Notes: generated from the sequence alone by a model not told the origin. Shown: positions 9,666 through 18,857, counted from the first letter of the stretch. The stretch is 47,747 nt of DNA from a bacterium (GCA_021778295.1 JAJYCP010000003.1:1-47747); one strand, 5' to 3'. Numbers and translations are program-made.

Positions 9666-9717
9666 TTCGCCACGGTAGAAATATCTCAATTTCTGGGTAA
9701 TTTTCTGCCGTGGCGAA
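9666..9717 (+). other. strong hairpin in the 5' leader of the lipoprotein gene
   Basis: ttcgccacgg / ccgtggcgaa (10 bp) extended by tagaaa / tttctg, with a loop of about 20 nt. No T-run follows. Confidence 0.5.
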
Positions 9718-9768
9718 TCCGCGCCGAAAACGCTTGAACGGTACTGCTGTCTCCGGAGGATCTCTGTC

Positions 9769-10206
9769 ATGAAATCCACAATGTTTCTCCTCATTGCTGA
9801 AACCGTGCTTTTGCTCGGCGTGGCCGGTTGCGCCTCGGTCGGCCTTATCGTGAGCCCCAACCAGAGCGCGGAGGATCAAGGCACTATCGCGCTGTCACAC
9901 GCCCTCTCGCCAACCATGAGTTTCGTGGATGGTGCAATCTCTGTCGGTAAAGAGCTCGGCTACCAAGTAGGGGACGTGAGCCGCAGGAAGAATGAAGTAT
10001 TGTTCATGCGTCGGTCAAATTTCGGACTGGGCGTCCTTATCGGCAAAGCTGACGCAACGACCGTGCGCATCCGGCTTGATGCCAGTAGGCGCGCAATCGA
10101 CATCGCGGTCAACGTGACTGGGAATTTCAACGAAGCGAATCAGACTGCCGTAGAGAAGATCATCTTGGATTTCACAACGAGCCTGAAAAAGCAATTCCCC
10201 GCCTGA
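9769..10206 (+). CDS. putative lipoprotein
   Basis: Signal peptide with lipobox LLGVAG-C. GGAGG SD 9 nt upstream. Confidence 0.6.
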   Translation: MKSTMFLLIAETVLLLGVAGCASVGLIVSPNQSAEDQGTIALSHALSPTMSFVDGAISVGKELGYQVGDVSRRKNEVLFMRRSNFGLGVLIGKADATTVRIRLDASRRAIDIAVNVTGNFNEANQTAVEKIILDFTTSLKKQFPA

Positions 10207-10220
10207 TGCCGGCATTGCCC

Positions 10221-10250
10221 ACGACCCCACTTTGCGTGGGGTCGTTTTTT
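10221..10250 (+). terminator. intrinsic terminator between convergent genes
   Basis: acgaccccac-tttgc-gtggggtcgt followed by ttttt. Confidence 0.65.
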
Positions 10251-10259
10251 AAATCCTCA

Positions 10260-11060
10260 CTAACGGATTTCGTACGTAATCGAGACCGATGCGGTGTACG
10301 TATTCTCGCCGACGGGTACGTTCGGTGTTGCTGCGGTCGATTGCGCGTTCGCACTGCGCATGCCGTACATCACTGGATACGGAGTGCTCGAAGATTCGCT
10401 GAAGTTCACGATTTTGCCGAGTGAGACGCCAAGCTGTTTCGCAAGAAGCTCCGCTTGTGCTTTTGCATTTGCAATCGCATCGGCGCGGGCAGCGTCATAT
10501 CCGGCTGTCGGATCGTTAAGAGCAAACGCCGGACCTTGCACATTCTGCACAGAAAGTTTGCCGAGCCCGCTCAAAAGCGCGCCGACGGCGGAAAGATTAT
10601 GTATCGTCACTTGAATCGTCTGAGCGGCCTGGTAGCCGGTAATCTTCGGCGAACCAACATATGCCGGACACAGCGTGCCCGATGTGCATGGATTCGGATA
10701 CGCGTACTGCGGCGAGATGTTATAGGAGAGCGTCTTCACGTCTTTGGCAGCAATGCCCTGCCCTTGCACAAAGGAGAGCGCGGCATTCGCCTGTTTCGTG
10801 GTTGCGGCTTGTGCGTCGCTTACAGCTGCGGCGGTGTTCTCGACCGTGAAAGAAACGCGCGCGACATCTGGCGCCAGTGTCGCTTGTCCGGAACCGGATA
10901 CGGTAACGACGTCTGTTGCCGGGTGCGCCGGCCGGCCGAAATTTTCCGCGATATTCATAGTCTTCGCAAGCAAGAAGAGCGAGAGAATGGAAAGGGCGCC
11001 GATAAGCGCAATGCGCACACCGCCATTGCCGAAGATTTCATGAAGAGGATCGTTGTTCAT
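10260..11060 (-). CDS. SIMPL/DUF541-like periplasmic (BP26-like) protein
   Basis: N-terminal TM anchor, then the typical layout VTVSGSGQATLAPDVARVSFTVE..GY.A.Q...V and a ...SVSITYEIR end, as I recall for SIMPL-domain proteins. Confidence 0.7.
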   Translation of the reverse strand: MNNDPLHEIFGNGGVRIALIGALSILSLFLLAKTMNIAENFGRPAHPATDVVTVSGSGQATLAPDVARVSFTVENTAAAVSDAQAATTKQANAALSFVQGQGIAAKDVKTLSYNISPQYAYPNPCTSGTLCPAYVGSPKITGYQAAQTIQVTIHNLSAVGALLSGLGKLSVQNVQGPAFALNDPTAGYDAARADAIANAKAQAELLAKQLGVSLGKIVNFSESSSTPYPVMYGMRSANAQSTAATPNVPVGENTYTASVSITYEIR

Positions 11061-11124
11061 AGCGAAAAGCAGATTATGGATTGTATGCCCGCACTATATC
11101 ACCACAGAAGGGCTTCTAGAGAAC

Positions 11125-11766
11125 TTATCCTACGAGCGTTGTCAGAAGCTTCCTGAGCGCTGCGCGCGCCGGGAGGACCGAAATATTGAGATTCGGATCG
11201 GTCCAATTCACAACGCCGGTATCAATGGCATCGAAGCGCAGTACATCCGTGCCGCGTGCAAGATAGTACGCCGTATCGACAGTGCCTCCGGAACGCTCGA
11301 GCGAGACGACGGTAAAACGATGCGTGCCGAGAAAAGTCGAAGAAAAAGCGGTGATGGGCGCCGGCGTGCCCGATACGGGATTGATTGCCGTCTGCTGGAT
11401 GACGGCGAGCGCAGTCGAGGACGCATCAATGCTGTACCGGCGAATGACGATAGCGGCGGTGCTTGAGGAGGAGGTACTTGCCATTTCATAGGCGGCGACG
11501 CTCGATGGGTCGGGCAACGCCATGGACGCGAAACCTTGCGGGATTGCAAAAGCGATATTGACATTTGCAAGCGAAACATTCGGCGGCGGGCACGCGGGGA
11601 ACGTGCATGAAAGGCCGGTGCGAGAGACCGAGGTGCCGTCCGGACAGATTTCCGCGTCAAGCGGACAGGCAATCGGTTGCGTCGAATACTCGACTGCGCT
11701 GCGATACGCAAAACCGCCGATGCCAATCAGGAGGATGAGAAACGCGCCGAGGAGAAAGCTTTTCAT
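11125..11766 (-). CDS. hypothetical secreted or membrane-anchored protein with a Cys-rich N-terminal motif
   Basis: Trimmed to MKSFLLGAFLILLIGIGGFAY (ATG 11766), with ACPLDAEICPDGTSVSRTGLSCTFPACP downstream. The upstream part of ORF 11125..12015 is GC-rich noncoding or overlaps the next gene. Confidence 0.55.
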   Translation of the reverse strand: MKSFLLGAFLILLIGIGGFAYRSAVEYSTQPIACPLDAEICPDGTSVSRTGLSCTFPACPPPNVSLANVNIAFAIPQGFASMALPDPSSVAAYEMASTSSSSTAAIVIRRYSIDASSTALAVIQQTAINPVSGTPAPITAFSSTFLGTHRFTVVSLERSGGTVDTAYYLARGTDVLRFDAIDTGVVNWTDPNLNISVLPARAALRKLLTTLVG

Positions 11767-11947
11767 GGGGACCAGTATACTCTTGTTACTGGGATCGGCC
11801 AGAATGCCCCGTCCGCTTAAGAGCGGGGATGAATGGCCGAAATTAAATATGGGCGGCGGAGGCCGCGTCCCTATCCAGCAAAACACCCCGGCGGTGGTGC
11901 GCCACTGCCCCGCCGCGAAGCGGGCGGGGATGGCGACACGACCTGTT

Positions 11948-14056
11948 TTACTGTAAATAGAGTATGTAGATTTTGCCGTCGGTGAAGAACGGTTCGGCGG
12001 CGAAATTCGTACCAAGGACCGGAGGAACGAACTGTATCTTTTGCACCGCGCTCACGACACCGGCGGATTCCAAAGAGCTTTTTACGAATTTTCTTTCTGA
12101 GTCTATGTCCGGATTGATGGTATGCGTAATAAACCATTTATACCCTTGGTCGAGACTCGCGGTGCCGACGTACACGGTGTATCCGTTCTGCTGGAGGTTC
12201 GTCTTCCAGATACGGATGTGATGCCGATCCTTGAGGACATCCGCAGAAGTCGGCTGTTCAAAACCAAAATCATTGACGGCGGCATTCCAGAACATCGGGG
12301 TTATGGGAGCTCGCAGATACTGACCATTGGTGAGGGCGGCCTCCGCGGCGCGCAGTACTGATGCAATGCTCACCCTGTCGGCAGGAATCCATGAAGCTTT
12401 TTCAAAATCTTGAATGAGGGCGCTGTCGTCCTTGGCAAGGAAAATAAACCCGAGCGGTTCTTGCGGCGTGCCCAAGAGCGTCTCTGAATATTTTGGGATG
12501 GGATGCGTTGCGAAGTACGTAGCGATATCGCCGGAGACGTATTCGATGCGCGGTTGTGCGGGGGTCATGATCTGCGGCTGATAGCGCATGGCAATACTCA
12601 CATACCCGAGAATGCCCGCCAAAAGAACCACGAGCGTTGCCGTTTTAACTCCGAACGATACCGTCCATTTCTCATTCGCATCTTTTCCTTTTTTGGACTG
12701 ACGCCACTCGTAGGCGGTAATGGTCGCGGTCAGGATGAGAAGTCCGAGAAGATAACCCGCCCACACGTCGCTTAAATAGTGCACCCCTAAATACAAACGA
12801 CTGAATCCGATTGCGAGAACGATAACGAGCCAAGCGAAAAAGACATTTACCTTCCGCCGCCAACCCTTGAAGCGTAGAAGCGTGTAGGCAAGGAATCCGT
12901 ACAGAACCACGGAAACCATCGCATGCCCGCTCGGGAAAGAATACGAATGTTCAAGATAGACCGCGTGCTCAGGGCGTGCGCGGTGCACGGCAACCTTTGC
13001 GAAGAAACTACATAATCCGTCAATGCCAAGTGCCAGCCAAAGATATGCGATGTAATCTTTTTTCCTCCATAACCAAAAAATAACCGACGCGATGAGGGCG
13101 ACGAAAACGACCATCTGCCATATGCCGAGAACCGTAATCCATAGGAATACTTTCGTAACTTCCGGACTGCGGAAATACGCGAGCAGGTTCGCGACTCGGA
13201 CGTCTGCCGCCGCAATCGAGCCCGAGGTACTGACCGCAAGAACGACACCAAGGAAAGCAAAAAATACGTAGAGGAGAGCGGCGGTTACGAGTGTGAGGGA
13301 GAGTCCGGTAAAGGAAGTTCGGTCAAGACGCTTACTGAGAAAGGCAAAGGACCGCGGATGCTGTTGCACCAATCTCTGCACATCAGGATTCGCTATGATC
13401 GCAGTTCTTACCGATGCGTACATCGATCGGGCGAATGCGCCGATGCGGTATCCGTGTCGGATGATAAACACTCTGATCCCATAGAGCGCCAACGAGAAAA
13501 GAAGAAGCAAGCCGATGCCGTAGCTGACACGCGTTCCCCAGGTCTCAATAACGGCAAATGCGCTGCCGAAGAAATAGCCGAGCAGGAGATGCGCTGCGGC
13601 CCACAAGAAAGCGCTGATGATATTCCAAACCAAAAACCGTTTCAGATTCATCTCGGAAAGACCCGCGACAAATGGAACGATAGGCCGAAGAAACCCTACG
13701 AATCTTCCCAAAAAGATACTTTTGTCTCCGTACTTTTTGAAAAACCGCTGCCCCCGCTCCAGGTGGACTGTTTTCAAAAATCTATTTTCATTCCGAAAAA
13801 AGTTTGTACCTTTGGTACCGAGATAGTAGCTCAGGCTATCGCCCAAAATTGCCCCGATTGCGGCAAACCAAATAAGATCGCCGATATCCAAAATCCCCTG
13901 TGCGGACAAAAATCCGATAAAAATGAGCAGCGTCGACCCTGGTATCACCTCACCCACGAGAACGACTGATTCTGCAAACGAGAGGAACAACACTAACCAA
14001 TACCCCCAGACGCCGATGTGAGAAAACACTGGCAGTATGTGGTTAATGAGGTTCAT
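11948..14056 (-). CDS. three-domain membrane protein: DedA/VTT-like, PAP2 phosphatase and an LssY_C-like domain
   Basis: N-terminal DedA-like TM region (VIPGSTLLIFIGFLSAQG..FLGRFVGFLRPIVPFVAG). PAP2 motifs KVAVHRARP, PSGH and SRLYLGVHYLSD. C-terminal soluble domain with DRHHIRIW..THTINPDIDSER, resembling the LssY C-terminal domain. Confidence 0.8.
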   Translation of the reverse strand: MNLINHILPVFSHIGVWGYWLVLFLSFAESVVLVGEVIPGSTLLIFIGFLSAQGILDIGDLIWFAAIGAILGDSLSYYLGTKGTNFFRNENRFLKTVHLERGQRFFKKYGDKSIFLGRFVGFLRPIVPFVAGLSEMNLKRFLVWNIISAFLWAAAHLLLGYFFGSAFAVIETWGTRVSYGIGLLLLFSLALYGIRVFIIRHGYRIGAFARSMYASVRTAIIANPDVQRLVQQHPRSFAFLSKRLDRTSFTGLSLTLVTAALLYVFFAFLGVVLAVSTSGSIAAADVRVANLLAYFRSPEVTKVFLWITVLGIWQMVVFVALIASVIFWLWRKKDYIAYLWLALGIDGLCSFFAKVAVHRARPEHAVYLEHSYSFPSGHAMVSVVLYGFLAYTLLRFKGWRRKVNVFFAWLVIVLAIGFSRLYLGVHYLSDVWAGYLLGLLILTATITAYEWRQSKKGKDANEKWTVSFGVKTATLVVLLAGILGYVSIAMRYQPQIMTPAQPRIEYVSGDIATYFATHPIPKYSETLLGTPQEPLGFIFLAKDDSALIQDFEKASWIPADRVSIASVLRAAEAALTNGQYLRAPITPMFWNAAVNDFGFEQPTSADVLKDRHHIRIWKTNLQQNGYTVYVGTASLDQGYKWFITHTINPDIDSERKFVKSSLESAGVVSAVQKIQFVPPVLGTNFAAEPFFTDGKIYILYLQ

Positions 14057-14098
14057 TCAAAAGACACTGACGTATCTGTTTGGAAAATTCGGACGGGT

Positions 14099-14344
14099 TT
14101 AGGTAAGGTCCTTTTTCTTTTCCTCAAACTCGTTTTTGTCGATCTCGCCCTTTGCATAGCGTTCTTTCAGGATGTCGAGAGCGGTTTTGTCCCTGTCCAT
14201 CCAGTGGTGTCCGTGTCTGCCGCCCGTAATCCCCCGTACGATAGCAATCACGATGACTACCACAAGCACAAACCAGAGGAGCGAAAAGAACCCTCCGAAC
14301 AGGCTGTAGCCCATCATTCCGTTTCCATATCCATATCCCCACAT
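14099..14344 (-). CDS. SHOCT-domain small membrane protein
   Basis: Gly/Tyr-rich N-terminus, one TM segment, and C-terminal ALDILKERYAKGEIDKNEFEEKKKDL (SHOCT signature). Confidence 0.75.
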   Translation of the reverse strand: MWGYGYGNGMMGYSLFGGFFSLLWFVLVVVIVIAIVRGITGGRHGHHWMDRDKTALDILKERYAKGEIDKNEFEEKKKDLT

Positions 14345-14362
14345 AATAAAATGATTAGCAGT

Positions 14363-16360
14363 TTATAACGTTTTGTTCCTCAATAGTACCGCATTGAAAG
14401 CGACAATGACAGTGCTTGCCGACATGAACACCGCCGCTAAAGCCGGCTGGAGCACGATACCCCTTGAAGCGAGCACCCCGGCTGCAAGCGGGATGGCAAC
14501 CGCGTTGTAGCCAGTTGCCCAAAATAAATTCTGCATCATCTTGTCGTAGGTGAGGCGCGAGAGTTTAAAGATCTTGGGAATATCTCGCGGGTCGTTCTTC
14601 ACGAGAATGATCCCTGCGGATTCAATGGCGACATTCGTGCCGGCGCCAATGGCGATACCGATGTCAGCTTGAGAGAGAGCGGGAGCATCATTCACCCCAT
14701 CGCCGACCATAGCGACTTTTTTGCCCTGTGACTGAAGAAGTTTTACTTTTTGGGATTTTTCTTCCGGACGAACGCGCGCAAAGTACTCGGTGATACCCAG
14801 TTCCTTCGCGACTTCTGCCGAAACTTCTTCCGAGTCGCCGGTGATCATCGCAATCGACACACCCTGAGCACGCAGCGTCCGTATGGCTTCCCTGGCTTCG
14901 ATCCGGACGGTATCGGCGAGTTTGATAGCGCCGAGCGAGACACCATCAACCTCAACGACAATATCCATGCCGCCGCGGTGGCCGACAAAGACCGTTTTGC
15001 CGCCAAGAATTGCCTGTGCACCCGTACCCGCCAGACGTTTGAACTCCTGTGCCGGTGCAATTGCGATGCCGCGCTTCCGTGCCTCGGTCACGATGGCTTT
15101 GGCGATCGGGTGCTCTGATTCTTTCTCCACTGCCGCGGCGACTCTGATAGCTTCATCGGAACCCGAAGTGACCGAGAAACTTCCTTCGGTGAGCGTGCCC
15201 GTTTTATCGAAAAGGACGGTATCGATAGCACGAGCCGATTCAAGCGCCGAACGTTGCTTGATTAAAAGCCCGTTCCGGGCAGCCATCGTTGTCGAGATAG
15301 CCGCAACCAACGGAATGGCGAGGCCGAGCGCATGCGGACAGGTAATGACGAGAACTGCTACCAATCGCTCGGTCGCGGTCGCTAGGCCCGCGCCGAGCAG
15401 CATCCATACGAGGAATGTGATAGAGCCAATGCCGATGGCAATGAGGGTCAGATAAAAAGCGGCGCGGTCTGAAAGCATCTGCAATCGTGATTTGGAGGCC
15501 TGGGCGTCCGCGACGAGCCGCGCGACTCCCGCAAGAAACGTCTTTTCTCCAATGTTCTCAATCTCGACTTTCAAACTGCCATCACCGTTGACGCTCCCGG
15601 CGATGACCGTATCCCCCCGGGTCTTTTCTATCGGCTTCGATTCGCCGGTAATGATCGACTCGTTGAGATCGGAGCGGCCTTCAATGATCGTACCGTCAGC
15701 CGGTACCTTCGCGCCGGGTTTTACTAACACGACATCGCCGACCTTCAGCTTGCTTAAAGCGATGATTTCGGTTGTGCCGCCTCTCAGTACCTCGGCCTGA
15801 TCGGGTAAGAGTTTTGAAAGTTCTTTCAATGCGCCTTGCGCGTTTTGTACCGAGCGCATCTCAATCCAGTGCCCCAAAAGCATGATCGCGATCAAAGTTG
15901 AAAGCTCAAAAAGAAGATCGTGATCGGTGCCGAGGGTGATGGAAACGAAGCTATAGAGGTATGCGGCACTGGTGGCGAGAGCGATGAGCGTCATCATGCC
16001 GGGCATCCGCGCGCGAAGTTCGCGATAGGCACCGGCGAGGAAAATCCAGCCGCAATAGAAAAACACTGCGGAGCCGAGAGTGAGCAATGCATAGCGCCAA
16101 CCCGGAAACTCAGGCCCCTGTATGCCGAACACCGTGCGGGCCATTTCCGAGTAAAAGAAAATGGGGACGGTCAGAATAAGAGCGATCCAGAACTTCCTCA
16201 GAAACGATGCGGTAGTGTGGCCTGCGTGCTTGTTATGCTCATCATGGTTGGTGTGCGCTTTTTTATTCGTAGGTACGAGATTCATACCGCACTCCGGGCA
16301 TATACCCGGCTTTTCTTGCATGACTTCCGGATGCATGGGGCAGGTATACATACTATGCAT
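14363..16360 (-). CDS. copB: copper-translocating P1B-type ATPase (CopB-like, CPH motif)
   Basis: N-terminal YTCPMHPEV..PGICPECGM metal-binding domain and a His-rich stretch. ITGESKP, VITCPHALGLA (CPH), FDKTGTLT, GDGVNDAP. Confidence 0.9.
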   Translation of the reverse strand: MHSMYTCPMHPEVMQEKPGICPECGMNLVPTNKKAHTNHDEHNKHAGHTTASFLRKFWIALILTVPIFFYSEMARTVFGIQGPEFPGWRYALLTLGSAVFFYCGWIFLAGAYRELRARMPGMMTLIALATSAAYLYSFVSITLGTDHDLLFELSTLIAIMLLGHWIEMRSVQNAQGALKELSKLLPDQAEVLRGGTTEIIALSKLKVGDVVLVKPGAKVPADGTIIEGRSDLNESIITGESKPIEKTRGDTVIAGSVNGDGSLKVEIENIGEKTFLAGVARLVADAQASKSRLQMLSDRAAFYLTLIAIGIGSITFLVWMLLGAGLATATERLVAVLVITCPHALGLAIPLVAAISTTMAARNGLLIKQRSALESARAIDTVLFDKTGTLTEGSFSVTSGSDEAIRVAAAVEKESEHPIAKAIVTEARKRGIAIAPAQEFKRLAGTGAQAILGGKTVFVGHRGGMDIVVEVDGVSLGAIKLADTVRIEAREAIRTLRAQGVSIAMITGDSEEVSAEVAKELGITEYFARVRPEEKSQKVKLLQSQGKKVAMVGDGVNDAPALSQADIGIAIGAGTNVAIESAGIILVKNDPRDIPKIFKLSRLTYDKMMQNLFWATGYNAVAIPLAAGVLASRGIVLQPALAAVFMSASTVIVAFNAVLLRNKTL

Positions 16361-16547
16361 ACTATAACTTCACGGGTTCAATCTCCATGAGGCCTTAACA
16401 AAAAAGGTAACGTGCAACAGGACTGAAAAATCGGGGCGTTGTCGTAGAGGATGCTAGAACCATGTTTGAGCACTGAAATGGCGCGACAATTTATACCCCG
16501 ACTTCGGCAAGGGACAGACAATAGTGTAATTCACCCCACTGCGTTAC

Positions 16548-17528
16548 TTACGGTACTAACTTACTCGCAAAATCACCTTGGACAAAATCTCGAATGAGCC
16601 GAGTTTCGTGCGCTACGAGATAGTCAGCTCGAGAGTCTTTCAACCCGTAATGATGTCGTTCAAGCCACACGGAGCAGACAGTATGGTGCAAACGAGCACG
16701 AAGTCCCTCTCGCATTTCATTTTTAGTAATGGGGTAAACGGACATGTACCCAGTAATGACTTCGCTTGCAGATTCTAATCCTGTCGACTCTGTATATTCT
16801 TCCGCGAAACTTATATACAGAAGGGAGCGCGCTAACTCATATGCGCGAGGTGCCATTCTCGCCTTTTCCCAATCGCATACACCGATTATTTTCCTGCTCC
16901 TAGCTTCAATAAGCAGATTCCCCGCATGATAATCTCCATGAGTTAACGTTTCATTTGCAAGATGGTTTTCTAAGTCTACAGAGGATATTAGGCTCAGTTT
17001 GAGATCAATATAATCTAGAAATTCTTTGTCGATATTCTCTAGAATAGGAAGAGCTTGTATACGAGTTTTGCGCTCCTCAAGCTCTTTAATAATCTCGTTC
17101 TTCGGTTTGACCATAAACTCATGCCTGGCGAGTAGTTTAGGAATCTCGTAACTTCCCGCTTTGTGAATTTCTCCCAACAGGATGCCCATGCGTCGATAAT
17201 CCTCAAATGAATATTTATGCGAGCGATCGCTCTCGATGAAAGAGTAAACAGAGTACGCAGTGCCATCGTATACGACGAATTTCTCCCCCATTTTTGATGG
17301 GAGCATACATACCGCAGGGATACCGCGTTCCCGCATCAATTCTTCAACGAGCACTGTAGCGGGTAGGATATTTATAGCCTTCTCACGAATCCGCTTTATA
17401 AAAAATTTTCCTATATCGGTTTCGAGAACATAGTTCTTATTCAGCACGCCTTCGGCAATCTCAACAATAGAGACAATTTCTCCGAAATGGAAATCGCTTT
17501 CGAGTTTGGCAAGATGATTTGGATTCAT
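16548..17528 (-). CDS. phosphotransferase of the APH / homoserine-kinase-II / CotS family
   Basis: Catalytic loop HGDYHAGNLL and the CDWE (DFG-equivalent) motif. ORF start 17531 is a TTG, so I use ATG 17528 (MNPNHLAKL). The region is AT-rich. Confidence 0.8.
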   Translation of the reverse strand: MNPNHLAKLESDFHFGEIVSIVEIAEGVLNKNYVLETDIGKFFIKRIREKAINILPATVLVEELMRERGIPAVCMLPSKMGEKFVVYDGTAYSVYSFIESDRSHKYSFEDYRRMGILLGEIHKAGSYEIPKLLARHEFMVKPKNEIIKELEERKTRIQALPILENIDKEFLDYIDLKLSLISSVDLENHLANETLTHGDYHAGNLLIEARSRKIIGVCDWEKARMAPRAYELARSLLYISFAEEYTESTGLESASEVITGYMSVYPITKNEMREGLRARLHHTVCSVWLERHHYGLKDSRADYLVAHETRLIRDFVQGDFASKLVP

Positions 17529-17534
17529 CAACCA

Positions 17535-17543
17535 ATAATAGCA
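17535..17543 (-). promoter_or_regulatory. extended -10 box TGcTATTAT, 6 nt upstream of the kinase ATG
   Basis: Minus strand reads TGC TATTAT TGGTTG ATG. Confidence 0.45.
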
Positions 17544-17603
17544 GTCGCGCTAGAACCAAGATATCTGGGGTTTTGTTTGATATTTTGCTGAAAACTATCA
17601 CGG

Positions 17604-17675
17604 GGCGGCTAGAGAGAATTGAACTCTCGATGCCGGGACCACAACCCGGAGTTTTACCACTAAACTATAGCCGCC
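17604..17675 (-). tRNA. tRNA-His (GTG), with encoded G-1
   Basis: Reverse complement G-GCGGCTA TA GTTT AGTGGTA AAAC T CCGGG TTGTGGT CCCGG .. TTCAATT .. TAGCCGC C. Clean cloverleaf. No CCA encoded. Confidence 0.85.
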
Positions 17676-18181
17676 ATGAATTTCTCGCGCTCTTTCCCAT
17701 CGTGATGGACGAGAAAATGACAGTTGTGGCAGAGCCACGCGAGATTCTTTAACTTATTGTTTTTCCGATTCTTGTCAATGTGATGCACCGCAAGAACACG
17801 GATATCCGCATTCTGACACAGTTTGCAGATTTTCGGAATTTTATTCCTATCCAGAACGCTTCGGTATGAATAAAGACCTGTAGTGTAATTGGCATGTTTC
17901 TCTCCTACATACAGCTGATTTCTCCATCTCGTTTGACAACTTTTGCTACAAAAATAGAGACCGCTTTTTGATCCATTGAGACTTTTCTGATTCTTGTAAA
18001 TCATCTCGTTACAGACTGCACATATAACTTCTTTCCCGTTTCTCATACTTGCGTGATGGCAGTCTGCGGAACAATATTTACCCCAACCTTTTTTGATCCA
18101 AAAAGGTTTTGTGTAGAACTCTTTGCCGCACCTTTTACAGGAAGACATTGCCATTAATTCCAATATCTCATCCGACGCCAT
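17660..18181 (-). CDS. HNH endonuclease with N-terminal zinc-ribbon repeats
   Basis: AVHHIDKNRKNNKLKNLAWLCHNCHFLVHH, plus several CxxC pairs. The last codons and the stop (ATG GCG GCT ATA GTT TAG) are supplied by the 5' end of tRNA-His. Confidence 0.75.
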   Translation of the reverse strand: MASDEILELMAMSSCKRCGKEFYTKPFWIKKGWGKYCSADCHHASMRNGKEVICAVCNEMIYKNQKSLNGSKSGLYFCSKSCQTRWRNQLYVGEKHANYTTGLYSYRSVLDRNKIPKICKLCQNADIRVLAVHHIDKNRKNNKLKNLAWLCHNCHFLVHHDGKEREKFMAAIV

Positions 18182-18233
18182 CTATGTAACAGAGTGTGTT
18201 GTGGATATAAATGTTCCAGGCCTTTCCGTAGCA

Positions 18234-18767
18234 TTAATAGTTAGGATTTTCTTCCTTGGCGAGCGCGAGGTGGTTTGCAAGACGCGCGAGAGCAAAAAGC
18301 AGTGAAGAGAGACGGTTCATGTACGCTTTTGTTTCGCTCGTGATTTCGCGTTGATGCGCATCGATAACCGCGACAAGCCGCCGCTCGGCGCGCCGCGCAA
18401 TGGTTCGCGCGACATCGAGGAGCGCAGAGAGTTCCGTCCCGCCCGCGATAGAGAACCCCTTAAGAGGTGGAATTTCTTTTTCTATACCATTGATGATGGT
18501 CTCGATTGCTTCGACTTTCTCCCGCGTAACGCGTTTGTCCGCGCCCGCAACTTCAGCCTGAATTATGAAAAGCGTCTCTTGCGCCTCACGGAGGATGCCA
18601 GCTATACGGGACTCGTTTGCGGCGCGCATTTTTGCGAATCCGAGAAATGCATTTAGTTCATCGAGTGCGCCGAGCGCCTCTGGTAGTTCGGACGACTTCG
18701 AAATTCGCTGTTGATCGCAGCCGAATACTTTTGTCGTCCCACCATCCCCTTTGCCAGTGTAGAGCAT
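18234..18767 (-). CDS. PduO-type ATP:cob(I)alamin adenosyltransferase
   Basis: MLYTGKGDGGTT...LDELNAFLG...LFIIQAEV. 177 aa. Confidence 0.85.
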   Translation of the reverse strand: MLYTGKGDGGTTKVFGCDQQRISKSSELPEALGALDELNAFLGFAKMRAANESRIAGILREAQETLFIIQAEVAGADKRVTREKVEAIETIINGIEKEIPPLKGFSIAGGTELSALLDVARTIARRAERRLVAVIDAHQREITSETKAYMNRLSSLLFALARLANHLALAKEENPNY

Positions 18768-18857
18768 ATGCCGTGCGTGCTCTCAGTATACTGTCCGCCA
18801 GAGTCCCCCACAAACAGGCACCCGAAGCGCATCGGCTTCGGGTGTTGTATAGATTCA

